Source: Sulfurimonas sp.
Lineage (GTDB): Bacteria > Campylobacterota > Campylobacteria > Campylobacterales > Sulfurimonadaceae
Direction of reading: 5' to 3'
Length of the DNA stretch: 64,000 nt
Assembly (NCBI GenBank): GCA_027019325.1
Contig: JALUWT010000018.1
Span: 1,296-65,295, forward strand
Under the pieces are notes generated by a model. The model made no database searches and had not been told where the DNA came from. It saw only the letters and a list, made by a program, of their open reading frames with translations. Numbering within the stretch: position 1 is the first letter of the stretch; every line of letters starts with the position of its first letter. Shown in pieces: positions 44,647 through 55,248 of the stretch. The position numbers and the translations under genes are program-made.

Positions 44647-47064
44647 ATGAAATTAAGTAATTATGGAGAATTCCCGGCTGACATCCCTGTTATAGCAGAA
44701 GATGAGCTTTTTTTATATCCATTTATGATCTCACCGCTTTTTTTAAATGATGATAAAAATATAGTAGCCGCAACACAAGCCATTGAAGAGAACTCTTTAG
44801 TCATTGTCTGCCCGACAAAAGCAGAACATGAGGGTGAAAGAGAGTACGAGTCACTGTATGACGCTGGAGTTGTCGGCTCCATTATGCGTAAAGTCTCTCT
44901 GCCAGATGGAAGAGTAAAAGTTCTTTTTCAAGGACTTGCACGTGCAAAATCACTCTATAAAGTATCAGATGAGCCCTTAACAGCACATGTTGACATACTT
45001 AAAGCGACAGAGGTAAACTCTCTTAAGATTGATGCGATTTTAGAGGTTGTACGTGAGAAGGTAAGAGCCCTTTCTGCTGTAAGCAGCTACTTTCCGCCTG
45101 ATCTGCTTCGCACCATTGAAGAGAATCATGACCATAACCGTATCATCGATCTTATCTGCTCTACGATTAAGCTCAAAAAAGAGCAGGCATACAAACTTTT
45201 CGTAGAGACCGATACAGAAAAAAGATTTTTGGACCTCATTGACATTCTCATAGATGAAATAGAAGCCAATAAGTTGCAGCGTGAGATTCGCTCGAAAGTG
45301 CATACGCACATTGAAAAAGTAAACAAAGAGTACTTTTTAAAAGAGCAGTTGAAGCAGATTCAAAAAGAGTTGGGCAGTGACACAGCTCGTGAAGAAGAGA
45401 TAGAAGAGTACTACAAAAAGCTTGAAGAGAAAAAATCTAAGATGGGTGAAGATGCCTATAAAGAGATAAAAAAACAGTTGGAGCGTTTTGCCAGAATGCA
45501 TCCAGACTCTTCGGATACTTCTATGACACAGACCTATCTCGACTGGGTTTTAGAGATTCCTTTTGGCTCATATGCCAAAAAATCACTTCAGATTGAAAAT
45601 GTAGAAACACAGTTAGATAAAGACCACTTTTCACTTGAAAAACCAAAAGAAAGAATTGTTGAGTATTTTGCAGTTAAAGAGCTTTTAGAGCTGCGTGGTA
45701 TTGCTTTGAAAAAAGGCTCAGGAGCAATTCTCTGTTTCTCTGGCCCTCCGGGTGTAGGAAAAACGTCACTTGCCAACTCCATTGCTACAGCACTTAAGCG
45801 CCCGCTTATTCGCATTGCGCTTGGCGGGCTTGAAGATGTCAATGAGTTGCGTGGGCATCGTCGTACTTATGTCGGTGCAATGCCTGGGCGTATTACGCAG
45901 GGGCTGATTGATGCGAAGAAGATGAATCCTGTCATTGTTTTAGATGAAATAGATAAAGTTTCACGTTCACAACGCGGTGACCCTACTGCAGCACTCTTGG
46001 AGATTTTAGATCCGGAGCAAAACTCTGAGTTTAGAGATTATTATCTCAACTTTGATTTGGACCTCTCCAATGTGATTTTTATTGCTACGGCTAATGATCT
46101 TGGGCGTATTCCTGCACCGCTGCGTGACAGAATGGAGTTTATCACACTCAGTTCTTATACACCGCAGGAGAAGTTTGAGATAGCAAAACGTTACCTTATT
46201 CCGCAAGAGCTGAAAAAGCATGGTCTTAAAAAATCAGAGTTGATTATTTCCAAACCGGCACTGCGTGAGCTTATTCACAGTTATACACGTGAAGCCGGCG
46301 TGAGAAATCTGAGACGAAGAGTAGCTGAAATGTGCCGTAAAGCAGCGCTTGAGATACTGAAACACTCTGAGATAAACAGAGTTTCTGTTTCCATTAAAAA
46401 CCTCAAAAAATTCTTTGAGAAGTCGGTATTTGAGATAGAAAAAACAGATAAAGTGCCTGTTGTGGGTGTTGTCAATGGTCTTGCATGGACAGCCGTCGGT
46501 GGCGATGTACTTAAGATTGAAAGTATCCGCATCAAGGGAAAAGGGAACCTGCAACTGACAGGAAGCCTTGGTGATGTAATGAAAGAGTCTGCGCGTATTG
46601 CTATGAGTGTTGTCAAAACTTTAATAGACAAACGCATACTCAAAATTTCACAAGACAATATTCCGATGACTTTTAAAGAGAAAGAGGAAATCGTAACTGT
46701 AGATGTAAGTGAAGTGTACAAGCGTTATGATCTACATATTCACGTTCCAGACGGTGCAACACCAAAAGATGGTCCAAGTGCGGGAATAGCGATGGTGAGT
46801 GTTATCGCATCAATACTGAGCTCACGCAAGATTCGCTCTGAAATTGCTATGACGGGAGAGGTTTCACTGAGTGGTGAAGTACTGCCGATTGGCGGTTTAA
46901 AAGAGAAACTCATAGCTGCGCACAAAGCTGAAATGAGCAAAGTATTGATTCCATTAAAAAATTATGAGAGAGATTTGGATGACATCCCAAAAGAGGTTCA
47001 AGACTCTTTGGAAATTGTTCCGGTGAAGAGAGTAGAAGAGGTTCTTAAACAAGTTCTTATATAG
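44647..47064 (+). CDS. lon: Lon protease
   Basis: GPPGVGKTS, RGHRRTYVGAMPG, LDEIDK, PKDGPSAG and IGGLKEK. Confidence 0.98.
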   Translation: MKLSNYGEFPADIPVIAEDELFLYPFMISPLFLNDDKNIVAATQAIEENSLVIVCPTKAEHEGEREYESLYDAGVVGSIMRKVSLPDGRVKVLFQGLARAKSLYKVSDEPLTAHVDILKATEVNSLKIDAILEVVREKVRALSAVSSYFPPDLLRTIEENHDHNRIIDLICSTIKLKKEQAYKLFVETDTEKRFLDLIDILIDEIEANKLQREIRSKVHTHIEKVNKEYFLKEQLKQIQKELGSDTAREEEIEEYYKKLEEKKSKMGEDAYKEIKKQLERFARMHPDSSDTSMTQTYLDWVLEIPFGSYAKKSLQIENVETQLDKDHFSLEKPKERIVEYFAVKELLELRGIALKKGSGAILCFSGPPGVGKTSLANSIATALKRPLIRIALGGLEDVNELRGHRRTYVGAMPGRITQGLIDAKKMNPVIVLDEIDKVSRSQRGDPTAALLEILDPEQNSEFRDYYLNFDLDLSNVIFIATANDLGRIPAPLRDRMEFITLSSYTPQEKFEIAKRYLIPQELKKHGLKKSELIISKPALRELIHSYTREAGVRNLRRRVAEMCRKAALEILKHSEINRVSVSIKNLKKFFEKSVFEIEKTDKVPVVGVVNGLAWTAVGGDVLKIESIRIKGKGNLQLTGSLGDVMKESARIAMSVVKTLIDKRILKISQDNIPMTFKEKEEIVTVDVSEVYKRYDLHIHVPDGATPKDGPSAGIAMVSVIASILSSRKIRSEIAMTGEVSLSGEVLPIGGLKEKLIAAHKAEMSKVLIPLKNYERDLDDIPKEVQDSLEIVPVKRVEEVLKQVLI

Positions 47065-47073
47065 AACTTGTTT

Positions 47074-47451
47074 TTAAACAATCACTGTCTTCATTTTACT
47101 GATGAGGTCATTATTTCTGATAGGTTTCATTAAAAAACCATTTGCTCCAAACTCTAAAGCCTCACTTTTTTTCGTCTCATCTGTCGTTAAAACGATAATA
47201 GGAAGCTGACGTAGACTATCATCCGCACGTACAACTTTGAGCATATCTATACCACCCATAATAGGCATAATAATATCTAAAAGTATCAAATCAATGTCAT
47301 CACGCGCTTTAAGCTCTCCAATGGCATCGGAACCATTTTTAGCCTCTATAACCTCTTTTACATGTCCACTTTTCATAAGCATTGACTTTAAAAGTTTTAA
47401 ATTAATAATATCATCATCTACTGCGAGTACAACTAAGTCTGTTCTTGTCAT
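47074..47451 (-). CDS. Single-domain response regulator
   Basis: VDDD, LLDIIMP, LTT and KP; no output domain. Confidence 0.92.
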   Translation of the reverse strand: MTRTDLVVLAVDDDIINLKLLKSMLMKSGHVKEVIEAKNGSDAIGELKARDDIDLILLDIIMPIMGGIDMLKVVRADDSLRQLPIIVLTTDETKKSEALEFGANGFLMKPIRNNDLISKMKTVIV

Positions 47452-47466
47452 TTTATTTGAGCCTTT

Positions 47467-50400
47467 TTAAATAAATTTTTCTATAACACCGTGAAGTGTC
47501 TCTTTGTTTACAACATTTTTCATGATTTCATCAACATAGCTCAAATCAGTTGCATCTTTTGGCATTGATGGATCAGCAATTAAAATAAGTGCTGAAGTGA
47601 TGCCTTTCTCTTCATTTTGTGACTTGACAAAATTTGAAAAATTAACAAGGTCAAGTTTTTCAGCTTCTTTATCAAAAAGAACGACTTTGTAGCTATTGTG
47701 CTCGATTTTACTGTTGAGTTCATCCGCAGTTGCAACTGTTTCATATGTATAGCCCAGAGCATCAAGTAGTTTTGTAAAGAGTTTTGTCTCAAAAGGACTT
47801 TTCTTAGCAAGCAAAATATCTGCAGTGTAGGTTATCTCTTTTTTTGTTTCTGGCTCTTTTTCTTCCTCTTCTTCAGGTGCTTCTTCTTGCACTTCTTCTG
47901 CTTCTTCTTCGAAATCCTCTTCAACTTCGATAGCCGGAATATCTTCATCCGGTATCTCTAGAGTTAAATCAGGCATCTGTGGCTCTTCGACTGCAATCTC
48001 TTCAATGATTTCTTCTTTTAGTGCTACCGGCTCCCTCTGCACTTCTACAGATGGAGTCTCTTTAAGTGCTTCTACGTTGGCAGGAACTGCTTCAGCTACA
48101 TCGACAATATGGTCTGAAAGAAAATGGTTTAAGAGTGTTACAATCTCAGCACGAACAAGTGGTTTTGTAGTGTACTCATCAAGTCCGGCATGTAAAAACC
48201 GCTCTCTATCTCCTTTAAGTGCATTGGCTGTGAGTGCTAAGATAGGGACGTGAGGCTGGTTATAATCCTCTTCATAGTCTAAAATCTCTTTTGTTGCTTC
48301 CATACCATCTAAGAATGGCATCTGAATATCCATAAAGATGAGGTCATAATTACCATCTTTACGTTTTTGGAAGGCTTCAAGGCCATTAGATGCAATATCT
48401 ACTGTTAAACCTAAATCTTCAAGTGTACGTTTGATGAGTTTTTGGTTAATGATATTGTCTTCTGCAACCAAGATGTTGGCATCAAATTTTGAAGACTCTG
48501 CATTAAATTTTTTACGGTTTGCTTTTTTTGCTTTTTCAGCTTTAAAGTTTTCGTTATTGTAATTTTCAAGAGTTGATTTGAGTTTTGTGTTGTTTAACGG
48601 TTCATAGATAGTTTTGAAGATATCAAGAGCCATGGAATCAATTTTTCTCATATAGTATGATTTAGTCAGTAAAATCAGCTCTTCAGGCATCTTACTGTAA
48701 GCCTGAAGCTCATCTTCATTTGCATATTCATAATCTGTGATGAGAAGATCATAACTCACCTGTCTTTGTAATATTTCAAGCTCATTTCTGTCTTTAAATG
48801 TCGTGTAACTTACACCATAGAAGTCTAAGTACTCACGGAGGTATGTATCTTGGCGTTTTGTTTTATGCGTAGATTCCAGGATAAGTGCATTGACACTTGA
48901 GAATGTACCTTTTGAACTCTCATTAAGCACTTCAATCTCTTCAAAATCAATGGTAAAGAAGAATGTCGTTCCTTCACCCGGCTCAGAGTGTAGATCAAGC
49001 TGACCACCCATAAGTTCGATGAAACGTGCAGAAATTGTAAGACCGAGACCTGTACCACCATATTTACGTGTAATTGATGTATCGGCTTGAGAGAATGCTT
49101 CAAAGATTCTTGCTTTTTGCTCACCCGTTACACCGATACCGCTGTCTTGTACCTCAAATCGAACTCTGGTAATACCATCTTGTTCAGAATCGAGTTTTCT
49201 GATGTCTACATTGATGGCACCTGAGCTACTTGTAAATTTGACCGCATTAGAGAGAAGGTTAATGACAACCTCTTTGATTTTTGTCGGATCCCCTTTAAGA
49301 GGCTGCTCAAGTTCAGGATCGATGAAACATCCAAGGTCAATGTGTTTTTCACTTGCACGTACTGCATAAACTTCAACAGCTGACTCAAACTCTTCGATTG
49401 GATTAAAGACAATATCTTCAATCTCAAGCTTATTAGACTCGATTTTAGAGAGGTCAAGAATATTGTTGATAATTTCAAGAAGGTTCTCTGATGATTTTTC
49501 GATAATCTCAACAAATTCACCTTGCTCCTCTTTAAGCCCTGTATCTTTAAGTAGTTCGGTAAATCCAACAATACCATTAAGTGGTGTTCGAATCTCATGC
49601 GACATATTTGCAAGGAACATTGATTTCGCTTCAGAAGCTTCTTGTGCAGCTTCTTTATCGAGCTTGGTCTGCTCGATAATTTTTTCAAGAAGTTTATAGG
49701 CTTCTGCCGTTCCTTGTGCCGTATGTAAGTTGATATCGACTGCCGCATCACCTTCATTTGTGTCTTCGGCAACTTTTGTAAGAACGTCTTCAAGGTTTTT
49801 GATATTTCTAGCAATCTCGTTTGAAAGTAAGAAACCTAAAATCGCAAGAATGAGAGAAACAAGCCAAATAGAAAGCGTAGCAGCAAGGAATTGGAGTGCT
49901 TTTGTTTTTACACTAATCGCTCTTTCATCCATTGCAGTAAGAACTGCATCTTCCGCTTGAGAGATTGTATTGATTTTTTCTGAAATCATGGCAAACCAAA
50001 CACCTACGTTTGTTTCATATTCTCCACTCGATGCAGCTGTTAAAAGACTTGCACGTTCACTGTTGATATCATCAACGAGGTCCTGAGCATCTTCATTTTT
50101 GAAGATATCATTAAGTTTTTCAACAAGTGCTTTATCTTGAATAGTATTGTAAGAGATGGCATCTGCTTTTGCAATAAGTGAAATCCATTTATTGATTTCA
50201 TCCTCTCCAAGCTCTGTTGATCGAGCAATTGCAAATGTTATAAAATCTCGTTCATCAGCAGTTGCAGCATTAGCACGCACCAAAGAGATATATTCGGTTG
50301 AAAATTGATTAATAAGCGGATCCATCTGATTTGATGTTACCTCTTCAAGCTCTTTGATACCAATTTTTTCAGCCTGCCCATATACAACATCATAAACATC

Positions 50401-50814
50401 CTCAAAATTTGTTTTATGTTCATCAACAAGCTTTCTTATCTCTTTGATTTGTTTGAATGCTGCTTCAAGAGATTTGACTCTTTGAGAATGTGAATAATCA
50501 TAAAGCTTTGGCTGATTTTTAATGTGGTTAAGGTAAAGTTTCTCTTTTTCATCAACGAGTTTTCTCTGTTTTATGAGTGATTTGAGTGTATTTGGAGAAG
50601 AATTACCCAGATACATAACCGTCATTCCTCTTTCCCGAGAGATATTGTTTATAAGGTCATTGAGCTCTCTGTTGACTGAAAGTCTATCTTGTAAAACCTG
50701 TGCCGCCGTATAGTTTTCATAAGAATTAAATACGAAATAACTGGTAATTGAAATAAGAATAATAATTGGAAAAAGACTGATTAGTCTTAGTCTGTTTTTT
50801 AAGCCTAATTGCAT
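47467..50814 (-). CDS. Membrane hybrid histidine kinase with NIT-like periplasmic sensor and three receiver(-like) domains
   Basis: TM-NIT (SRERGMTVMYL...QRKLVD, DERDF, WFAM)-TM; FLANMSHEIRTPLNG; N/G1/F/G2 boxes; canonical REC (AEDN, FMDIQMP, KP) flanked by two degenerate RECs. Confidence 0.88.
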   Translation of the reverse strand: MQLGLKNRLRLISLFPIIILISITSYFVFNSYENYTAAQVLQDRLSVNRELNDLINNISRERGMTVMYLGNSSPNTLKSLIKQRKLVDEKEKLYLNHIKNQPKLYDYSHSQRVKSLEAAFKQIKEIRKLVDEHKTNFEDVYDVVYGQAEKIGIKELEEVTSNQMDPLINQFSTEYISLVRANAATADERDFITFAIARSTELGEDEINKWISLIAKADAISYNTIQDKALVEKLNDIFKNEDAQDLVDDINSERASLLTAASSGEYETNVGVWFAMISEKINTISQAEDAVLTAMDERAISVKTKALQFLAATLSIWLVSLILAILGFLLSNEIARNIKNLEDVLTKVAEDTNEGDAAVDINLHTAQGTAEAYKLLEKIIEQTKLDKEAAQEASEAKSMFLANMSHEIRTPLNGIVGFTELLKDTGLKEEQGEFVEIIEKSSENLLEIINNILDLSKIESNKLEIEDIVFNPIEEFESAVEVYAVRASEKHIDLGCFIDPELEQPLKGDPTKIKEVVINLLSNAVKFTSSSGAINVDIRKLDSEQDGITRVRFEVQDSGIGVTGEQKARIFEAFSQADTSITRKYGGTGLGLTISARFIELMGGQLDLHSEPGEGTTFFFTIDFEEIEVLNESSKGTFSSVNALILESTHKTKRQDTYLREYLDFYGVSYTTFKDRNELEILQRQVSYDLLITDYEYANEDELQAYSKMPEELILLTKSYYMRKIDSMALDIFKTIYEPLNNTKLKSTLENYNNENFKAEKAKKANRKKFNAESSKFDANILVAEDNIINQKLIKRTLEDLGLTVDIASNGLEAFQKRKDGNYDLIFMDIQMPFLDGMEATKEILDYEEDYNQPHVPILALTANALKGDRERFLHAGLDEYTTKPLVRAEIVTLLNHFLSDHIVDVAEAVPANVEALKETPSVEVQREPVALKEEIIEEIAVEEPQMPDLTLEIPDEDIPAIEVEEDFEEEAEEVQEEAPEEEEEKEPETKKEITYTADILLAKKSPFETKLFTKLLDALGYTYETVATADELNSKIEHNSYKVVLFDKEAEKLDLVNFSNFVKSQNEEKGITSALILIADPSMPKDATDLSYVDEIMKNVVNKETLHGVIEKFI

Positions 50815-50817
50815 ATG

Positions 50818-52353
50818 CTAAGCTCCCATCTTTGATATTTTGTTGATTGACAGATCAATCTGTTTGGCTGCCTGCTCAATCTCGTCTTTATCTGAAGAGT
50901 GAATGAGTGTTTCAAGCTCAGTGGTAAACTCATGCAGTCGCATGTTGTCACTCATACCTTTGAATTTGAGTGCTTCATTACGATAAGTTTGCAGATCATT
51001 ATTTGCAATAGCATTATCTATTTTTTGAAGTATTGTATGACTTTCACTTATAAAATCTTCAAAAAGTTCATTAAAACTTGCTTCATCAATACCTATCTCT
51101 TTTGCCGCTTGGGCTTTCGAAAAGTGAATCTCTTCTTCCTCTATCACTTCTTCTTCGTTTTCATCTGAAGCTATTTCGAGAAAATCATCATCGGCGAGTT
51201 CTGGCATTTCAATTTTTTCAGGGACATCTTCATCTTCAATATCGAGAATATCGATACTCTCTTCTTCTATCTCCGGGATGTCAAGTTCTTTCTCTTCATC
51301 ATCTTTAAAGTCAAGTGTGATAGACTCTTCTTCTGGAGTCTCTTCTTCTGTGATAATAACTTTTTCAATAGGTTCACCTGCAAGTTTGGCAATGATTTTA
51401 TAAAAAGTGTCAAGATTGTCATGAATCAGATCCATATCACTTGTTGCACTCACTGCAGATAGTACTTCATATGCATCTTCAATGCGAAGATTTGCTGCAA
51501 CTCCTTTGAGCTTATGGGAAAGAATTTTGACATTGTCTACATCTCCCTCATCAATGGAACTGTAAATATCTGGTTTAAACTCTTTGGCTTGTGCAATAAA
51601 ATCTTGAATAAACTCTTCGATAAGGTCAAGAGGTAGCCCAAGCTCTTTGGATGCAATGTGTGGATCGTATTGATAGCCGTTACCCCACTCCTCTTGCACA
51701 ACTTCTTTTTTTATAACTTTTTTAGCTGCAGGCGTTGGTGTTATTGCTGCAGGAGCAACCGGCTCGGGAGCACTCTCTTCTTCAAATACATCAAGAGAAA
51801 GATCGCCTACGTCAAGCATCTCTAAAGGTTCCTCTTCAAGGGGTATTTCGATGCTCTCTTGAACTTGTGGTTCTGGAGTCTGTGTTTGCGGTGCTTCATC
51901 ATATGCATCATGCTGTGCAGGTGTAACTGTAGGTGCAGGTGTGAAAACTTTTGGCTCTTGCGGCTCTACTTTCGGCAGTTCTTTGTCAAGGACATCACTT
52001 GAGATATTCTCATTTTCACTTTTTGAGAGTGGACGAAGATTATTAAGCTGAATCATATATGCCGGTGAGGTCGGATTATCAATTAAAAAGAGCGGAGAAA
52101 CTGACAGTGTCGCTTTAAAAGTTTTTGCATTCACATTAATGAGAACTTTTGACTCCTCGGAGACATCCGCGTAGTTAATAAAGTCAATCCAGTGTACATG
52201 TTGAAAATTATGTACATAACCGGGTGTTTTTACAAACAGATCAGCAAAATCTGTTACTTCTGCTCTGAGTTCTGAAAGAGAGTTAAAACCTAAAGTTTTT
52301 AAATCCTTCTCATCAATTCCTAAAAATTCTTTTTGAAAATTATAAATTAGCAT
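50818..52353 (-). CDS. Acidic protein with two Hpt-like domains
   Basis: Hpt1 SHKLKGVAANL; Hpt2 EALKFKGMSDNM; long E/D/P-rich linkers. Confidence 0.8.
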   Translation of the reverse strand: MLIYNFQKEFLGIDEKDLKTLGFNSLSELRAEVTDFADLFVKTPGYVHNFQHVHWIDFINYADVSEESKVLINVNAKTFKATLSVSPLFLIDNPTSPAYMIQLNNLRPLSKSENENISSDVLDKELPKVEPQEPKVFTPAPTVTPAQHDAYDEAPQTQTPEPQVQESIEIPLEEEPLEMLDVGDLSLDVFEEESAPEPVAPAAITPTPAAKKVIKKEVVQEEWGNGYQYDPHIASKELGLPLDLIEEFIQDFIAQAKEFKPDIYSSIDEGDVDNVKILSHKLKGVAANLRIEDAYEVLSAVSATSDMDLIHDNLDTFYKIIAKLAGEPIEKVIITEEETPEEESITLDFKDDEEKELDIPEIEEESIDILDIEDEDVPEKIEMPELADDDFLEIASDENEEEVIEEEEIHFSKAQAAKEIGIDEASFNELFEDFISESHTILQKIDNAIANNDLQTYRNEALKFKGMSDNMRLHEFTTELETLIHSSDKDEIEQAAKQIDLSINKISKMGA

Positions 52354-52365
52354 ATTTCTACCTTC

Positions 52366-52779
52366 TTAATCTTGTGTTTCGAGCATGCGTTTGTACGTCT
52401 CTTCATTCTCTTGAATATCTTTACGTGAGGCTGCTTTTCTCGCTGCTATGTAGCCTGTAATCTTTTCATCATTATCTCTGACTGGAAGTATTTCTGTGTC
52501 CACCCAGTAATACCTGCCGTCTTTTCTCAGATTTTTAACAAGCCCATTCCATGCTTGACCGCTTTTAATTGTACTCCACATTTTTTCAAACACTACCTTA
52601 GGCATATCTGGATGCCTTAATATGTTGTGTGGTTGACCAATGAGTTCTTCGACACTGTATCCTGAAACTTCACTAAAAGCTCTGTTTGCATACGTGATGG
52701 TACCTTTTAAATCTGTTTGACTGATGATGGCCGAGCCCTCAAAAAAATACTCTTCATCTATAGGGGTAACTGTATTCAT
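52366..52779 (-). CDS. Stand-alone Aer/CetB-type PAS domain protein
   Basis: SQTDLKGTITYAN..F...SGY, PHNILRHPDMP, W.G.VKNLRKDG.YYWV. Confidence 0.9.
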   Translation of the reverse strand: MNTVTPIDEEYFFEGSAIISQTDLKGTITYANRAFSEVSGYSVEELIGQPHNILRHPDMPKVVFEKMWSTIKSGQAWNGLVKNLRKDGRYYWVDTEILPVRDNDEKITGYIAARKAASRKDIQENEETYKRMLETQD

Positions 52780-52850
52780 TAAAAAACCTTATAAGTTAAT
52801 GAGATAACTAAAATTGTCACAAATATATCATAAAGGAGTGAAAAAAAAAC

Positions 52851-54653
52851 TTATTTATAAAAATTTTTGATAGTTTTTGCATCTTTTTCATTCAAAACAG
52901 TACTAATTTCCTCAGTTGTCAACTTTTTCAACGCTTCAAAGGTTCCAAAGTGATTGAGTAGTTTTTGTACTTTTGCTGCTGAAATTCCATGTAAACTTAA
53001 GAGTTTACTCTCTTGATCGAGCTTGAGTTTTGTCTTTTTATGAAAGGTAATGGCCAAACGGTGTGCTTCATCTCGTAAGTTTTGTGTCCATTGCAATCTT
53101 TTGTCGCTCTCTTTGAGGCGAAAAACATCATTGTTTGTGTAAATAATGTCTTTTGCTTTTCCTTTTGCCCGATGAGCTTTGGCATCTACTTTCTCTTTGG
53201 AGATGGCAATGACATCGAGTGTAACACCAAAAGATTCTAAAATATCCAGAGCCAGTTTTAAAAGTGTAGCACCACCGTCGAGTATCCATAAGTCAGGCGG
53301 TGGGTTTTTTGCAAAACTCTCTACTCTGCGTGAGAGTGTCTCTTTCATCTGCGCATACTCATCTTTTGCCTGCAAATGGTATGTGCGGTAGGAGCTTTTA
53401 TCAAAACTGCCATTATCATAAACAATCATAGCACCTACGGTAGCAACGCCTGCCATGTGGGAGTTGTCAAAGACTTCAACTCTGTAGGGTGTTTTTTCCA
53501 GTTGGCATAACTCTTGAATTTCATGCAAGGTTTTGAAATCTTTTGTTTTCTTCTCTCTTTTAAGCAGCTCTTTTGCGTTGAGGAGCGCAAGGGCTATGAG
53601 ATCTTTTTTCTTGCCTCTTTTTGGTACTGATATAGCTGCTTTTTTTTCAAAAACATGGCTTAAATGCTTCTGTATGAGTTCTAAATCTTCAAACTCCTGC
53701 GCAATAAGAATAGGAGCGATAATAGGTGGTTTTTCATCTTTGTAAAAATCAAGCAGGGCACGGGAATAGAGCTCATTGGCGTCAAATCCCTCACGCAGAT
53801 TGATGGTGTCATGTGAGGAGGAGATGATTTTTCCGTGACGCATAAAGATTCTGACAACAACGGCTCTTTTCTCATTATGTTCGACGACAAAGATGTCAAA
53901 GTTTTCATTGGAGGCAAAATCGATTTCACTCTTTATTTCAGAACGGCTGATTTTATCCATTCTGTCACGCAGCTCCGCTGCCTCTTCAAAGCGGAGCTCC
54001 TGGGCATAAAACTCCATCTTCTTTTGCAGCTCTTGAAGCAGGAACTTTTTATTTTTGATGAGCTTTGTCGCGAGTGTGACCTCTTTGTGGTAACGCTCTT
54101 GTGAAATCGGCAGCTCACAAGGCCCGAGACATTTGTCTATTTGATGATAGAGACAGAGCTTTTTTGACTTCAGGCATCCTTTTTTCTGTACCAGTTTTGC
54201 TATTTCGTAGATGGAGTTGAGTATATCACGTGCCCCAACACTGTAAGGTCCGTAGTAGGTGATGTCGTTACTCTTTATAATTTTGCGGGTAATCTCAAAA
54301 CGGGGATACTTCTGTGAGTTATCGATGTAGATGTAGGGGTAGGTTTTATCATCACGAAGCAGGATGTTGTACTTTGGATTTAACTGTTTAATAAGAGAAT
54401 TTTCCAAAATCAGAGCATCATGCTCGGAGTTGACAACAATGTAATTGAGCGATGTAGTCTGCTCTAGCATCTTTGTAATTCTGGTGGAGAGATTTGGATT
54501 TGGTCTGAGATGCGGTGTAAAAAGCCAGTAACTTTTGACACGGTTGGTCAGGTTTTTTGCCTTGCCGATGTAGAGCAGGCGACCATTTTTGTCAAAATAC
54601 TGGTAAATTCCGGCAGATTCTGGAAGTTGGGCAATAGTCTCTTTAAGATTCAT
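52851..54653 (-). CDS. uvrC: Excinuclease ABC subunit C
   Basis: [30 protein letters not shown] and HhH. Confidence 0.97.
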   Translation of the reverse strand: MNLKETIAQLPESAGIYQYFDKNGRLLYIGKAKNLTNRVKSYWLFTPHLRPNPNLSTRITKMLEQTTSLNYIVVNSEHDALILENSLIKQLNPKYNILLRDDKTYPYIYIDNSQKYPRFEITRKIIKSNDITYYGPYSVGARDILNSIYEIAKLVQKKGCLKSKKLCLYHQIDKCLGPCELPISQERYHKEVTLATKLIKNKKFLLQELQKKMEFYAQELRFEEAAELRDRMDKISRSEIKSEIDFASNENFDIFVVEHNEKRAVVVRIFMRHGKIISSSHDTINLREGFDANELYSRALLDFYKDEKPPIIAPILIAQEFEDLELIQKHLSHVFEKKAAISVPKRGKKKDLIALALLNAKELLKREKKTKDFKTLHEIQELCQLEKTPYRVEVFDNSHMAGVATVGAMIVYDNGSFDKSSYRTYHLQAKDEYAQMKETLSRRVESFAKNPPPDLWILDGGATLLKLALDILESFGVTLDVIAISKEKVDAKAHRAKGKAKDIIYTNNDVFRLKESDKRLQWTQNLRDEAHRLAITFHKKTKLKLDQESKLLSLHGISAAKVQKLLNHFGTFEALKKLTTEEISTVLNEKDAKTIKNFYK

Positions 54654-55089
54654 GTTTGGCTTTAATAATATCTCGAATGGAGCTTAACAGTGCCTGCAGT
54701 TTTTCATCTTTTGTATGGATTTCAAACGTGCCTGTGGCTCTTTCTGGGTAGGTTTGGGGTTTATGTGTGTCGTCTGAGATTCTTTTTATGCTGGGTGAAT
54801 GGGTAACAAAAGCTTTGATATCTGTGATATTTAACTCTTTACACTCTTGAGGTTGTACAAACTTTAAAGCACTTTTAATACTTTGTATATTATTATCAAA
54901 CTCTTGTTTAGCACCGGGATGATTAAGAACAAAAAAAAGCGTATCGTTTTTTATATAGGCAAACTTTATCATTCGTTGCAGGGGCAAACTAAAACTAAGT
55001 CGTATTTTATCTATGCACTTAAAACGAGATAATTTAGAAAATTGAGGTCTGTTTTGAATAGAATGAATAATATCATGAGCGCTTTTCAT
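54643..55089 (-). CDS. DUF721/DciA-like protein
   Basis: '[22 protein letters not shown]' KH-like DciA pattern; coupled to uvrC. Confidence 0.55.
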   Translation of the reverse strand: MKSAHDIIHSIQNRPQFSKLSRFKCIDKIRLSFSLPLQRMIKFAYIKNDTLFFVLNHPGAKQEFDNNIQSIKSALKFVQPQECKELNITDIKAFVTHSPSIKRISDDTHKPQTYPERATGTFEIHTKDEKLQALLSSIRDIIKAKHES

Positions 55090-55248
55090 ATAGCAATTAT
55101 AACAAGCTTTTTGTTAAGTCTTTCTGCATGTGGTTATAAAGCACCGCCATATTATCAAAAAGCTGCGCCAAAAGGTGACAAGAATGTTGAGTTCCACTAC
55201 AAAGATAAAAGTTTTGAGAACAATGAAACAAATGCGAGTTGTCAGTAA
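55075..55248 (+). CDS. Small lipoprotein, LptM/YifL-like
   Basis: Lipobox LSAC followed by GYKAPPYY (CGxKxPxY pattern). Confidence 0.7.
   Translation: MSAFHIAIITSFLLSLSACGYKAPPYYQKAAPKGDKNVEFHYKDKSFENNETNASCQ
55096..55104 (-). promoter_or_regulatory. Extended -10 promoter giving a probable leaderless mRNA
   Basis: Minus strand TGtTATAAT-tgctat-ATG (start codon at 55089). Confidence 0.65.
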
